Under the pieces are notes generated by a model. It had not been told where the DNA came from, ran no database searches, and saw nothing but the letters and a program-made list of their open reading frames with translations. A stretch of 64,000 nt of DNA. Source: Eledone cirrhosa (taxonomy: Eukaryota). Positions within the stretch are counted from its first letter, which is position 1. Every line of letters begins with the position of its first letter. Below, one piece after another: positions 30,301 through 45,000 of this stretch. Where the stretch lies: assembly GCA_964016885.1 (NCBI GenBank), contig OZ024741.1, positions 130,386,001 to 130,450,000 on the forward strand, given 5' to 3'. The translations under genes were made by a program, and so were the position numbers.

Positions 30301-31400
30301 TGTAACTAGGGTTGGAAGCGGTGAACATATAACTTTACACATCATATTTGTCTGTGTAACTAGGGTTGGAAGCGGTGAACATATAACTTTACACATCATA
30401 TTTGTCTGTGTAACCAGGGTTGGAAGCAGTGAACATATAACTTTACACATCATATTTGTCTGTGTAACTAGGGTTGGAAGCAGTGAACATATAACTTTAC
30501 ACATCATATTTGACTGTGTAACTAGGGTTGGAAGCGGTGAACATATAACTTTACACATCATATTTGTCTGTGTAACTAGGGTTGGAAGCAGTGAACATAT
30601 AACATTACAAATCATATTTGTCTGTGTAACTAGGGTTGGAAGCAGTGAACATATAAATTTACACATCATATTTGTCTGTGTAACTAGGGTTGGAAGCAGT
30701 GAACATATAATTTAACACATCATATTTGTCTGTGTAACTAGGGTTGGAAGCGGTGAACATATAACTTTACACATCATATTTGTCTGTGTAACTAGGGTTG
30801 GAAGCAGTGAACATATAACTTTACACATCATATTTGTCTGTGTAACTAGGGTTGGAAGCGGTGAACATATAACTTTACACATCATATTTGTCTGTGTAAC
30901 TAGGGTTGGAAGTGGTGAACATATAACTTTACACATCATATTTGTCTGTGTAACTAGGGTTGGAAGCAGTGAACATATAACTTTACACATCATATTTGTC
31001 TTTGTAACTAGGGTTGGAAGCAGTGAACATATATCTTTACACATCATATTTGTCTGTGTAACTAGGGTTGGAAGCAGTGAACATATAACTTTACACATCA
31101 TATTTGTCTGCGTAACACGGGTTGGAAGCGGTGAACATATAACTTTACACATCATATTTGTCTGTGTAACTAGGGTTGGAAGCAGTGAACATACAACTTT
31201 ACACATCATATTTGTCTGTGTAACTAGGGTTGGAAGCAGTGAACATATAACTTTACACATCATATTGTCTGTGTAACTAGGGTTGGAAGCAGTGAACATA
31301 TAAATTTACACATCATATTTGTCTGTGGAACTAGGGTTGGAAGCGGTGAACATATAACTTTACACATCATATTTCTCTGTGTAACTAGGGTTGGAAGCAG
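24400..31400. repeat. Higher-order block with a 6-monomer duplication nested in 34- and 40/41-monomer repeats
   Basis: The GTAGCTAG marker (variant G) lies at 24689, 25661, 25985, 27497, 27821 and 29981. The close pairs are 324 bp apart (6x54) and the pair is repeated at 1836 (34x54). ATAATTTAACAC stops occur at 26662, 28498 and 30712 (offsets 1836 and 2214). Confidence 0.87.
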
Positions 31401-32050
31401 TGAACATATAATTTAACACATCATATTTGTCTGTGTAACTAGGGTTGGAAGCGGTGAACATATAACTTTACACATCATATTTGTCTGTGTAACTAGGGTT
31501 GGAAGCAGTGAACATATAACTTTACACATCATATTTGTCTGTGTAACCAGGGTTGGAAGCGGTGAACATATAACTTTACACATCATATTTGTCTGTGTAA
31601 CTAGGGTTGGAAGCGGTGAACATATAACTTTACACATCATATTTGTCTGTGTAACTAGGGTTGGAAGCAGTGAACATATAACTTTACACATCATATTTGT
31701 CTTTGTAACTAGGGTTGGAAGCAGTGAACATATATCTTTACACATCATATTTGTCTGTGTAACTAGGGTTGGAAGCAGTGAACATATAACTTTACACATC
31801 ATATTTGTCTGCGTAACACGGGTTGGAAGCGGTGAACATATAACTTTACACATCATATTTGTCTGTGTAACTAGGGTTGGAAGCAGTGAACATACAACTT
31901 TACACATCATATTTGTCTGTGTAACTAGGGTTGGAAGCAGTGAACATATAACTTTACACATCATATTGTCTGTGTAACTAGGGTTGGAAGCAGTGAACAT
32001 ATAAATTTACACATCATATTTGTCTGTGGAACTAGGGTTGGAAGCGGTGA
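30712..32050. repeat. Tandem duplication of a 13-monomer (701 bp) unit carrying a 1-bp deletion
   Basis: ORFs 30712-31299 and 31413-32000 translate identically at offset 701 = 13x54 - 1. Both carry CATATTGTC, TATATCTTTAC and GCGTAACACGGG. Confidence 0.9.
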
Positions 32051-33249
32051 ACATATAACTTTACACATCATATTTGTCTGTGTAACTAGGGTTGGAAGCA
32101 GTGAACATATAACTTTACACATCATATTTGTCTGTGTAACTAGGGTTGGAAGCAGTGAACATAGAACTTTACACATCATATTTGTCTGTGTAACTAGGGT
32201 TGGAAGCAGTGAACATATAACTTTACACATCATATTTGTCTGTGTAACTCGGGTTGGAAGCGGTGAACATATAACTTTACACATCATATTTGTCTGTGGA
32301 ACTAGGGTTCGAAGCGGTGAACATATAACTTTACACATCATATTTGTCTGTGTAACTAGTGTTGGAAGCAGTGAACATATAACTTTACACATCATATTTG
32401 TCTGTGTAACTAGGGTTGGAAGCGGTGAACATATAACTTTACCCATCATATTTGTCTGTGTAACTAGGGTTGGAAGCGGTGAACATATAACTTTACACAT
32501 CATATTTGTCTTTGTAACTAGGGTTGGAAGCAGTGAACATATAACTTTACACATCATATTTGTCTGTGTAACTAGGGTTGGAAGCAGTGAACATATAACT
32601 TTACACATCATATTTGTCTGTGTAACTGGGGTTGGAAGCGGTGAACATATAACTTTACACATCATATTTGTCTGTGTAACTAGGGTTGGAAGCAGTGAAC
32701 ATATAACTTTACACATCATATTTGTCTGTGTAACTAGGGTTGGAAGCAGTGAACATATAAATTTACACATCATATTTGTCTGTGTAACTAGGGTTGGAAG
32801 CAATGAACATATAACTTTACACATCATATTTGTCTGCGTAACTCGGGTTGGAAGCGGTGAACATATAACTTTACACATCATATTTGTCTGTGGAACTAGG
32901 GTTGGAAGCAGTGAACATATAACTTTACACATCATATTTGTCTGTGGAACTAGGGTTGGAAGCAGTGAACATATAACTTTACACATCATATTTGTCTGCG
33001 TAACTCGGGTTGGAAGCAGTGAACATATAACTTTACACATCATATTTGACTGTGTAACTAGGGTTGGAAGCAGTGAACATATAACTTTACACATCATATT
33101 TGTCTGTGTAACTAGGGTTGGAAGCAGTGAACATATAACTTTACACATCATATTTGTCTGTGTAACTAGGGTTGGAAGCAGTGAACATATAACTTTACAC
33201 ATCATATTTGACTGTGTAACTAGGGTTGGAAGCAGTGAACATATAACTA

Positions 33250-36200
33250 GACACATCATATTTGTCTGTGGAACTAGGGTTCGAAGCGGTGAACATATAA
33301 CTTTACACATCATATTTGTCTGTGTAACTAGGGTTGGAAGCAGTGAACATATAACTTTACACATCATATTTGTCTGTGTAACTAGGGTTGGAAGCGGTGA
33401 ACATATAACTTTACACGTCATATTTGTCAGTGTAACTAGGGTTGGAAGCAGTGAACATATAACGTTACACATCATATTTGTCTGTGTAACTAGGGTTGGA
33501 AGCGGTGAACATATAACTTTACCCATCATATTTGTCTGTGTAACTAGGGTTGGAAGCGGTGAACATATAACTTTACACATCATATTTGTCTTTGTAACTA
33601 GGGTTGGAAGCAGTGAACATATAACTTTACACATCATATTTGTCTGTGTAACTAGGGTTGGAAGCAGTGAACATATAACTTTACACATCATATTTGTCTG
33701 CGTAACTCGGGTTGGAAGCGGTGAACATATAACTTTACACATCATATTTGTCTGTGTAACTAGGGTTGGAAGCAGTGAACATATAACTTTACACATCACA
33801 TTTGTCTGTGTAACTAGGGTTGGAAGCAGTGAACATATAAATTTACACATCATATTTGTCTGTGTAACTAGGGTTGGAAGCAGTGAACATATAACTTTAC
33901 ACATCATATTTGTCTGCGTAACTCGGGTTGGAAGCGGTGAACATATAACTTTACACATCATATTTGTCTGTGGAACTAGGGTTGGAAGCGGTGAACATAT
34001 AATTTTACACATCATATTTGTCTGTGTAACTAGGGTTGGAAGCAGTGAATATATAACTTTACACATCATATTTGTCTGTGTAACTAGGGTTGGAAGCAGT
34101 GAACATATAACTTTACACATCATATTTGTCTGTGTAACTCGGGTTGGAAGCGGTGAACATAAAACTTGACACATCATATTTGTCTGTGGAACTAGGGTTC
34201 GAAGCGGTGAACATATAAATTTACACATCATATTTGTCTGTGTAACTAGGTTTGGAAGCAGTGAACATATAACTTTACACATCATATTTGTCTGTGTAAC
34301 TAGGGTTGGAAGCGGTGAACATATAACTTTACACATCATATTTGTCTTTGTAACTAGGGTTGGAAGCAGTGAACATATAACTTTACACATCATATTTGTC
34401 TGTGTAACTAGGGTTGGAAGCAGTGAACATATAACTTTACACATCATATTTGTCCGCGTAACTCCGGTTGGAAGCGGTGAACATATAAATTTACACATCA
34501 TATTTGTCTGTGTAACTAGGGTTGGAAGCAGTGAACATATAACTTTACACATCATATTTGTCTGTGTAACTAGGGTTGGAAGCAGTGAACATATAAATTT
34601 ACACATCATATTTGTCTGTGTAACTAGGGTTGGAAGCAGTGAACATATAACTTTACACATCATATTTGTCTGCGTAACTCGGGTTGGAAGCGGTGAACAT
34701 ATAACTTTACACATCATATTTGTCTGTGGAACTAGGGTTGGAAGCGGTGAACATATAACTTTACACATCATTTTTGTCTGTGTAACTAGGGTTGGAAGCA
34801 GTGAACATATAACTTTACACATCATATTTGTCTGTGTAACTAGGGTTGGAAGCAGTGAACATATAACTTTACACATCATATTTGTCTGTATAACTAGGGT
34901 TGGAAGCGGTGAACATATAACTTTACACATCATATTCGTCTGTGTAACTAGGGTTGGAAGCGGTGAACATATAACTTTACACATCATATTTGTCTGTGTA
35001 ACTAGGGTTGTAAGCAGTGAACATACAACTTTACACATCATATTTGTCTGTGTAACTATGTTTGGAAGCATTGAACATATAACTTTACACATCATATTTG
35101 TCTGTGTAACTAGGGTTGGAAGCAGTGAACATATAACTTTACACATCATATTTGTCTGTGTAACTAGGGTTGGAAGCGGTGAACATATAACTTTACACGT
35201 CATATTTGTCAGTGTAACTAGGGTTGGAAGCAGTGAACATATAACGTTACACATCATATTTGTCTGTGTAACTAGGGTTGGAAGCGGTGAACATATAACT
35301 TTACACATCATATTCGTCTGTGTAACTAGGGTTGGAAGCGGTGAACATATAACTTTACCCATCATATTTGTCTGTGTAACTAGGGTTGGAAGCGGTGAAC
35401 ATATAACTTTACACATCATATTTGTCTTTGTAACTAGGGTTGGAAGCAGTGAACATATAACTTTACACATCATATTTGTCTGTGTAACTAGGGTTGGAAG
35501 CAGTGAACATATAACTTTACACATCATATTTGTCTGCGTAACTCGGGTTGGAAGCGGTGAACATATAACTTTACACATCATATTTGTCTGTGTAACTAGG
35601 GTTGGAAGCAGTGAACATATAACTTTACACATCACATTTGTCTGTGTAACTAGGGTTGGAAGCAGTGAACATATAAATTTACACATCATATTTGTCTGTG
35701 TAACTAGGGTTGGAAGCAGTGAACATATAACTTTACACATCATATTTGTCTGCGTAACTCGGGTTGGAAGCGGTGAACATATAACTTTACACATCATATT
35801 TGTCTGTGGAACTAGGGTTGGAAGCGGTGAACATATAATTTTACACATCATATTTGTCTGTGTAACTAGGGTTGGAAGCAGTGAATATATAACTTTACAC
35901 ATCATATTTGTCTGTGTAACTAGGGTTGGAAGCAGTGAACATATAACTTTACACATCATATTTGTCTGTGTAACTCGGGTTGGAAGCGGTGAACATAAAA
36001 CTTGACACATCATATTTGTCTGTGGAACTAGGGTTCGAAGCGGTGAACATATAAATTTACACATCATATTTGTCTGTGTAACTAGGTTTGGAAGCAGTGA
36101 ACATATAACTTTACACATCATATTTGTCTGTGTAACTAGGGTTGGAAGCGGTGAACATATAACTTTACACATCATATTTGTCTTTGTAACTAGGGTTGGA

Positions 36201-39200
36201 AGCAGTGAACATATAACTTTACACATCATATTTGTCTGTGTAACTAGGGTTGGAAGCAGTGAACATATAACTTTACACATCATATTTGTCTGCGTAACTC
36301 GGGTTGGAAGCGGTGAACATATAACTTTACACATCATATTTGTCTGTGTAACTAGGGTTGGAAGCAGTGAACATATAACTTTACACATCATATTTGTCTG
36401 TGTAACTAGGGTTGGAAGCAGTGAACATATAAATTTACACATCATATTTGTCTGTGTAACTAGGGTTGGAAGCAGTGAACATATAACTTTACACATCATA
36501 TTTGTCTGCGTAACTCGGGTTGGAAGCGGTGAACATATAACTTTACACATCATATTTGTCTGTGGAACTAGGGTTGGAAGCGGTGAACATATAACTTTGC
36601 ACATCATTTTTGTCTGTGTAACTAGGGTTGGAAGCAGTGAACATATAACTTTACACATCATATTTGTCTGTGTAACTAGGGTTGGAAGCAGTGAACATAT
36701 AACTTTACACATCATATTTGTCTGTATAACTAGGGTTGGAAGCGGTGAACATATAACTTTACACATCATATTCGTCTGTGTAACTAGGGTTGGAAGCGGT
36801 GAACATATAACTTTACACATCATATTTGTCTGTGTAACTAGGGTTGTAAGCAGTGAACATACAACTTTACACATCATATTTGTCTGTGTAACTATGTTTG
36901 GAAGCATTGAACATATAACTTTACACATCATATTTGTCTGTGTAACTAGGGTTGGAAGCAGTGAACACATAACTTTACACATCATATTTGACTGTGTAAC
37001 TAGGGTTGGAAGCAGTGAACATATAACTTTACACATCATATTTGTCTGTGGAACTAGGGTTGGAAGCAGTGAACATATAACTTTACACATCATATTTGTC
37101 TATGTAACTAGGGTTGGAAGCAGTGAACATATAACTTTACACATCATATTTGTCTGTGTAACTCGGGTTGGAAGCGGTGAACATATAACTTGACACATCA
37201 TATTTGTCTGTGGAACTAGGGTTCGAAGCGGTGAACATATAACTTTACACATCATATTTGTCTGTGTAACTAGGGTTGGAAGCAGTGAACATATAACTTT
37301 ACACATCATATTTGTCTGTGTAACTAGGGTTGGAAGCGGTGAACATATAACTTTACACGTCATATTTGTCAGTGTAACTAGGGTTGGAAGCAGTGAACAT
37401 ATAACGTTACACATCATATTTGTCTGTGTAACTAGGGTTGGAAGCGGTGAACATATAACTTTACCCATCATATTTGTCTGTGTAACTAGGGTTGGAAGCG
37501 GTGAACATATAACTTTACACATCATATTTGTCTTTGTAACTAGGGTTGGAAGCAGTGAACATATAACTTTACACATCATATTTGTCTGTGTAACTAGGGT
37601 TGGAAGCAGTGAACATATAACTTTACACATCATATTTGTCTGCGTAACTCGGGTTGGAAGCGGTGAACATATAACTTTACACATCATATTTGTCTGTGTA
37701 ACTAGGGTTGGAAGCAGTGAACATATAACTTTACACATCACATTTGTCTGTGTAACTAGGGTTGGAAGCAGTGAACATATAAATTTACACATCATATTTG
37801 TCTGTGTAACTAGGGTTGGAAGCAGTGAACATATAACTTTACACATCATATTTGTCTGCGTAACTCGGGTTGGAAGCGGTGAACATATAACTTTACACAT
37901 CATATTTGTCTGTGGAACTAGGGTTGGAAGCGGTGAACATATAATTTTACACATCATATTTGTCTGTGTAACTAGGGTTGGAAGCAGTGAATATATAACT
38001 TTACACATCATATTTGTCTGTGTAACTAGGGTTGGAAGCAGTGAACATATAACTTTACACATCATATTTGTCTGTGTAACTCGGGTTGGAAGCGGTGAAC
38101 ATAAAACTTGACACATCATATTTGTCTGTGGAACTAGGGTTCGAAGCGGTGAACATATAAATTTACACATCATATTTGTCTGTGTAACTAGGTTTGGAAG
38201 CAGTGAACATATAACTTTACACATCATATTTGTCTGTGTAACTAGGGTTGGAAGCGGTGAACATATAACTTTACACATCATATTTGTCTTTGTAACTAGG
38301 GTTGGAAGCAGTGAACATATAACTTTACACATCATATTTGTCTGTGTAACTAGGGTTGGAAGCAGTGAACATATAACTTTACACATCATATTTGTCTGCG
38401 TAACTCGGGTTGGAAGCGGTGAACATATAACTTTACACATCATATTTGTCTGTGTAACTAGGGTTGGAAGCAGTGAACATATAACTTTACACATCATATT
38501 TGTCTGTGTAACTAGGGTTGGAAGCAGTGAACATATAAATTTACACATCATATTTGTCTGTGTAACTAGGGTTGGAAGCAGTGAACATATAACTTTACAC
38601 ATCATATTTGTCTGCGTAACTCGGGTTGGAAGCGGTGAACATATAACTTTACACATCATATTTGTCTGTGGAACTAGGGTTGGAAGCGGTGAACATATAA
38701 CTTTACACATCATTTTTGTCTGTGTAACTAGGGTTGGAAGCAGTGAACATATAACTTTACACATCATATTTGTCTGTGTAACTAGGGTTGGAAGCAGTGA
38801 ACATATAACTTTACACATCATATTTGTCTGTATAACTAGGGTTGGAAGCGGTGAACATATAACTTTACACATCATATTCGTCTGTGTAACTAGGGTTGGA
38901 AGCGGTGAACATATAACTTTACACATCATATTTGTCTGTGTAACTAGGGTTGTAAGCAGTGAACATACAACTTTACACATCATATTTGTCTGTGTAACTA
39001 TGTTTGGAAGCATTGAACATATAACTTTACACATCATATTTGTCTGTGTAACTAGGGTTGGAAGCAGTGAACACATAACTTTACACATCATATTTGACTG
39101 TGTAACTAGGGTTGGAAGCAGTGAACATATAACTTTACACATCATATTTGTCTGTGGAACTAGGGTTGGAAGCAGTGAACATATAACTTTACACATCATA

Positions 39201-39320
39201 TTTGTCTATGTAACTAGGGTTGGAAGCAGTGAACATATAACTTTACACATCATATTTGTCTGTGTAACTCGGGTTGGAAGCGGTGAACATATAACTTGAC
39301 ACATCATATTTGTCTGTGGA
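33250..39320. repeat. Three copies of a ~34-40-monomer unit
   Basis: CATAAAACTTGAC occurs at 34161, 35997 and 38103 (offsets 1836 and 2106). CACGTCATATTTGTCAGT occurs at 33417, 35199 and 37359. CATCACATTT, GTATAACT and CATTTTTGTC each occur three times in the same order. Confidence 0.88.
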
Positions 39321-41030
39321 ACTAGGGTTGGAAGCGGTGAACATATAACTTTACACATCATATTTCTCTGTGTAACTAGGGTTGGAAGCAGTGAACATAT
39401 AATTTAACACATCATATTTGTCTGTGTAACTAGGGTTGGAAGCGGTGAACATATAACTTTACACATCATATTTGTTTGTGTAACTAGGGTTGGAAGCAGT
39501 GAACATATAACTTTACACATCATATTTGTCTGTGTAACCAGGGTTGGAAGCGGTGAACATATAACTTTACACATCATATTTGTCTGTGTAACTAGGGTTG
39601 GAAGCGGTGAACATATAACTTTACACATCATATTTGTCTGTGTAACTAGGGTTGGAAGCAGTGAACATATAACTTTACACATCATATTTGTCTTTGTAAC
39701 TAGGGTTGGAAGCAGTGAACATATATCTTTACACATCATATTTGTCTGTGTAACTAGGGTTGGAAGCAGTGAACATATAACTTTACACATCATATTTGTC
39801 TGCGTAACACGGGTTGGAAGCGGTGAACATATAACTTTACACATCATATTTGTCTGTGTAACTAGGGTTGGAAGCAGTGAACATACAACTTTACACATCA
39901 TATTTGTCTGTGTAACTAGGGTTGGAAGCAGTGAACACATAACTTTACACATCATATTGTCTGTGTAACTAGGGTTGGAAGCAGTGAACATATAAATTTA
40001 CACATCATATTTATCTGTGGAACTAGGGTTGGAAGCGGTGAACATATAACTTTACACATCATATTTGTCTGTGTAACTAGGGTTGGAAGCAGTGAACATA
40101 TAACTTTACACATCATATTTGTCTGTGTAACTAGGGTTGGAAGCAGTGAACATAGAACTTTACACATCATATTTGTCTGTGTAACTAGGGTTGGAAGCAG
40201 TGAACATATAACTTTACACATCATATTTGTCTGTGTAACTCGGGTTGGAAGCGGTGAACATATAACTTTACACATCATATTTGTCTGTGGAACTAGGGTT
40301 CGAAGCGGTGAACATATAACTTTACACATCATATTTGTCTGTGTAACTAGTGTTGGAAGCAGTGAACATATAACTTTACACATCATATTTGTCTGTGTAA
40401 CTAGGGTTGGAAGCGGTGAACATATAACTTTACCCATCATATTTGTCTGTGTAACTAGGGTTGGAAGCGGTGAACATATAACTTTACACATCATATTTGT
40501 CTTTGTAACTAGGGTTGGAAGCAGTGAACATATAACTTTACACATCATATTTGTCTGTGTAACTAGGGTTGGAAGCAGTGAACATATAACTTTACACATC
40601 ATATTTGTCTGTGTAACTGGGGTTGGAAGCGGTGAACATATAACTTTACACATCATATTTGTCTGTGTAACTAGGGTTGGAAGCAGTGAACATATAACTT
40701 TACACATCATATTTGTCTGTGTAACTAGGGTTGGAAGCAGTGAACATATAAATTTACACATCATATTTGTCTGTGTAACTAGGGTTGGAAGCAATGAACA
40801 TATAACTTTACACATCATATTTGTCTGCGTAACTCGGGTTGGAAGCGGTGAACATATAACTTTACACATCATATTTGTCTGTGGAACTAGGGTTGGAAGC
40901 AGTGAACATATAACTTTACACATCATATTTGTCTGTGGAACTAGGGTTGGAAGCAGTGAACATATAACTTTACACATCATATTTGTCTGCGTAACTCGGG
41001 TTGGAAGCAGTGAACATATAACTTTACACA
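39320..41030. repeat. Long-range copy of ~31330-33040 (offset 7991 bp = 148 monomers - 1 bp)
   Basis: ORFs 31413/39404 and 31961/39952 are offset by 7991. The rare variants ACTAGTGTTGG (32360/40351) and AGCAATGAAC (32801/40792) are at the same offset. Confidence 0.88.
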
Positions 41031-41089
41031 TCATATTTGTCTGTGTAACTAGGGATGGAAGCAGTGAACATATAACTTTACACATCATA

Positions 41090-44000
41090 TTTGTCTGTGT
41101 AACTAGGGTTATAAGCAGTGAACATATAACTTTACACATCATATTTGTCTGTCTAACTAGGTTTGGAAGCGGTGAACATATAACTTTACACATCATATTT
41201 GACTGTGTAACTAGGGTTGGAAGCAGTGAACATATAACTTTAGACATCATATTTGTCTGTGGAACTAGGGTTGGAAGCAGTGAACATAGAACTTTACACA
41301 TCATATTTGTCTGTGTAACTAGGGTTGGAAGCAGTGAACATATAACTTTACACATCATATTTGTCTGTGTAACTCGGGTTGGAAGCGGTGAACATATAAC
41401 TTGACACATCATATTTGTCTGTGGAACTAGGGTTCGAAGCGGTGAACATATAACTTTACACATCATATTTGTCTGTGTAACTAGGTTTGGAAGCAGTGAA
41501 CATATAACTTCACACATCATATTTGTCTGTGTAACTAGGGTTGGAAGCGGTGAACATATAACTTTACACATCATATTTGTCTGTGTAACTAGGGTTATAA
41601 GCAGTGAACATATAACTTTACACATCATATTTGTCTGTGTAACTAGGGTTGGAAGCGGTGAACATATAACTTTACACATCATATTTGTCTGTGTAACTAG
41701 GGTTATAAGCAGTGAACATATAACTTTACACATTATATTTGTCTGTGTAACTAGGGTTGGAAGCGGTGAACATATAACTTCACACATCATATTTGTCTTT
41801 GTAACTAGGGTTGGAAGCAGTGAACATATAACTTTACACATCATATTTGTCTGTGTAACTAGGGTTGGAAGCAGTGAACATATAACTTTACACATCATAT
41901 TTGTCTGCGTAACTCGGGTTGGAAGCGGTGAACATATAACTTTACACATCATATTTGTCTGTGTAACTAGGGTTGGAAGCAGTGAACATATAACTTTACA
42001 CATCATATTTGTCTGTGTAACTAGGGTTGGAAGCAGTGAACATATAAATTTACACATCATATTTGTCTGTGTAACTAGGGTTGGAAGCAGTGAACATATA
42101 ACTTTACACATCATATTTGTCTGCGTAACTCGGGTTGGAAGCGGTGAACATATAACTTTACACATCATATTTGTCTGTGGAACTAGGGTTGGAAGCGGTG
42201 AACATATAACTTTACACATCATATTTGTCTGTGTAACTAGGGTTGGAAGCAGTGAACATATAACTTTACACATCATATTTGTCTGTGTAACTAGGGTTGG
42301 AAGCAGTGAACATATAACTTTACACATCATATTTGTCTGTATAACTAGGGTTGGAAGCGGTGAACATATAACTTTACACATCATATTCGTCTGTGTAACT
42401 AGGGTTGGAAGCGGTGAACATATAACTTTACACATCATATTTGTCTGTGTAACTAGGGTTGTAAGCAGTGAACATACAACTTTACACATCATATTTGTCT
42501 GTGTAACTATGTTTGGAAGCATTGAACATATAACTTTACACATCATATTTGTCTGTGTAACTAGGGTTGGAAGCAGTGAACACATAACTTTACACATCAT
42601 ATTTGACTGTGTAACTAGGGTTCGAAGCGGTGAACATATAACTTTACACATCATATTTGTCTGTGTAACTAAGGTTGGAAGCAGTGAACATATAACTTTA
42701 CACATCATATTTGTCTGTGTAACTAGGGTTGGAAGCGGTGAACATATAACTTTACACATCATATTTGTCTGTGTAACTAGGGTTGGAAGCGGTGAACATA
42801 TAACTTTACCCATCATATTTGTCTGTGTAACTAGGGTTGGAAGCGGTGAACATATAACTTTACACATCATATTTGTCTTTGTAACTAGGGTTGGAAGCAG
42901 TGAACATATAACTTTACACATCATATTTGTCTGTGTAACTAGGGTTGGAAGCAGTGAACATATAACTTTACACATCATATTTGTCTGCGTAACTCGGGTT
43001 GGAAGCGGTGAACATATAACTTTACACATCATATTTGTCTGTGTAACTAGGGTTGGAAGCAGTGAACATATAACTTTACACATCATATTTGTCTGTGTAA
43101 CTAGGGTTGGAAGCAGTGAACATATAAATTTACACATCATATTTGTCTGTGTAACTAGGGTTGGAAGCAGTGAACATATAACTTTACACATCATATTTGT
43201 CTGCGTAACTCGGGTTGGAAGCGGTGAACATATAACTTTACACATCATATTTGTCTGTGGAACTAGGGTTGGAAGCGGTGAACATATAATTTTACACATC
43301 ATATTTGTCTGTGTAACTAGGGTTGGAAGCAGTGAATATATAACTTTACACATCATATTTGTCTGTGTAACTAGGGTTGGAAGCAGTGAACATATAACTT
43401 TACACATCATATTTGTCTGTGTAACTAGGGTTGGAAGCAGTGAACATATAACTTTACACATCATATTTGTCTGTGAAACTAGGGTTATAAGCAGTGAACA
43501 TATAACTTTACACATCATATTTGTCTGTCTAACTAGGTTTGGAAGCGGTGAACATATAACTTTACACATCATATTTGACTGTGTAACTAGGGTTGGAAGC
43601 AGTGAACATATAACTTTACACATCATATTTGTCTGTGGAACTAGGGTTGGAAGCAGTGAACATAGAACTTTACACATCATATTTGTCTGTGTAACTAGGG
43701 TTGGAAGCAGTGAACATATAACTTTACACATCATATTTGTCTGTGTAACTCGGGTTGGAAGCGGTGAACATATAACTTGACACATCATATTTGTCTGTGG
43801 AACTAGGGTTCGAAGCGGTGAACATATAACTTTACACATCATATTTGTCTGTGTAACTAGGTTTGGAAGCAGTGAACATATAACTTTACACATCATATTT
43901 GTCTGTGTAACTTGGGTTGGAAGCGGTGAACATATAACTTTACACATCATATTTGTCTGTGTAACTAGGGTTATAAGCAGTGAACATATAACTTTACACA

Positions 44001-45000
44001 TCATATTTGTCTGTGTAACTAGGGTTGGAAGCGGTGAACATATAACTTTACACATCATATTTGTCTGTGTAACTAGGGTTATAAGCAGTGAACATATAAC
44101 TTTACACATCATATTTGTCTGTGTAACTAGGGTTGGAAGCGGTGAACATATAACTTTACACATCATATTTGTCTTTGTAACTAGGGTTGGAAGCAGTGAA
44201 CATATAACTTTACACATCATATTTGTCTGTGTAACTAGGGTTGGAAGCAGTGAACATATAACTTTACACATCATATTTGTCTGCGTAACTCGGGTTGGAA
44301 GCGGTGAACATATAACTTTACACATCATATTTGTCTGTGTAACTAGGGTTGGAAGCAGTGAACATATAACTTTACACATCATATTTGTCTGTGTAACTAG
44401 GGTTGGAAGCAGTGAACATATAAATTTACACATCATATTTGTCTGTGTAACTAGGGTTGGAAGCAGTGAACATATAACTTTACACATCATATTTGTCTGC
44501 GTAACTCGGGTTGGAAGCGGTGAACATATAACTTTACACATCATATTTGTCTGTGGAACTAGGGTTGGAAGCGGTGAACATATAACTTTACACATCATAT
44601 TTGTCTGTGTAACTAGGGTTGGAAGCAGTGAACTTATAACTTTACACATCATATTTGTCTGTGTAACTAGGGTTGGAAGCAGTGAACATATAACTTTACA
44701 CATCATATTTGTCTGTATAACTAGGGTTGGAAGCGGTGAACATATAACTTTACACATCATATTCGTCTGTGTAACTAGGGTTGGAAGCGGTGAACATATA
44801 ACTTTACACATCATATTTGTCTGTGTAACTAGGGTTGTAAGCAGTGAACATACAACTTTACACATCATATTTGTCTGTGTAACTATATTTGGAAGCATTG
44901 AACATATAACTTTACACATCATATTTGTCTGTGTAACTAGGGTTGGAAGCAGTGAACACATAACTTTACACATCATATTTGACTGTGTAATTAGGGTTGG
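41090..45000. repeat. Duplication at 44-monomer (2376 bp) offset
   Basis: GGTTATAAGC occurs at 41111/43487 and 41597/43973. GTATAACT occurs at 42341/44717. All offsets are 2376. Confidence 0.87.

Noticed and set aside
31961-37093. Cys/His periodicity (CKVIC, H..H) as zinc-finger or metal-binding repeats
   Set aside because: The spacing does not fit C2H2 (28-aa repeats with TGEKPY linkers) or other motifs I recognise. The Cys and His codons are mutated freely.
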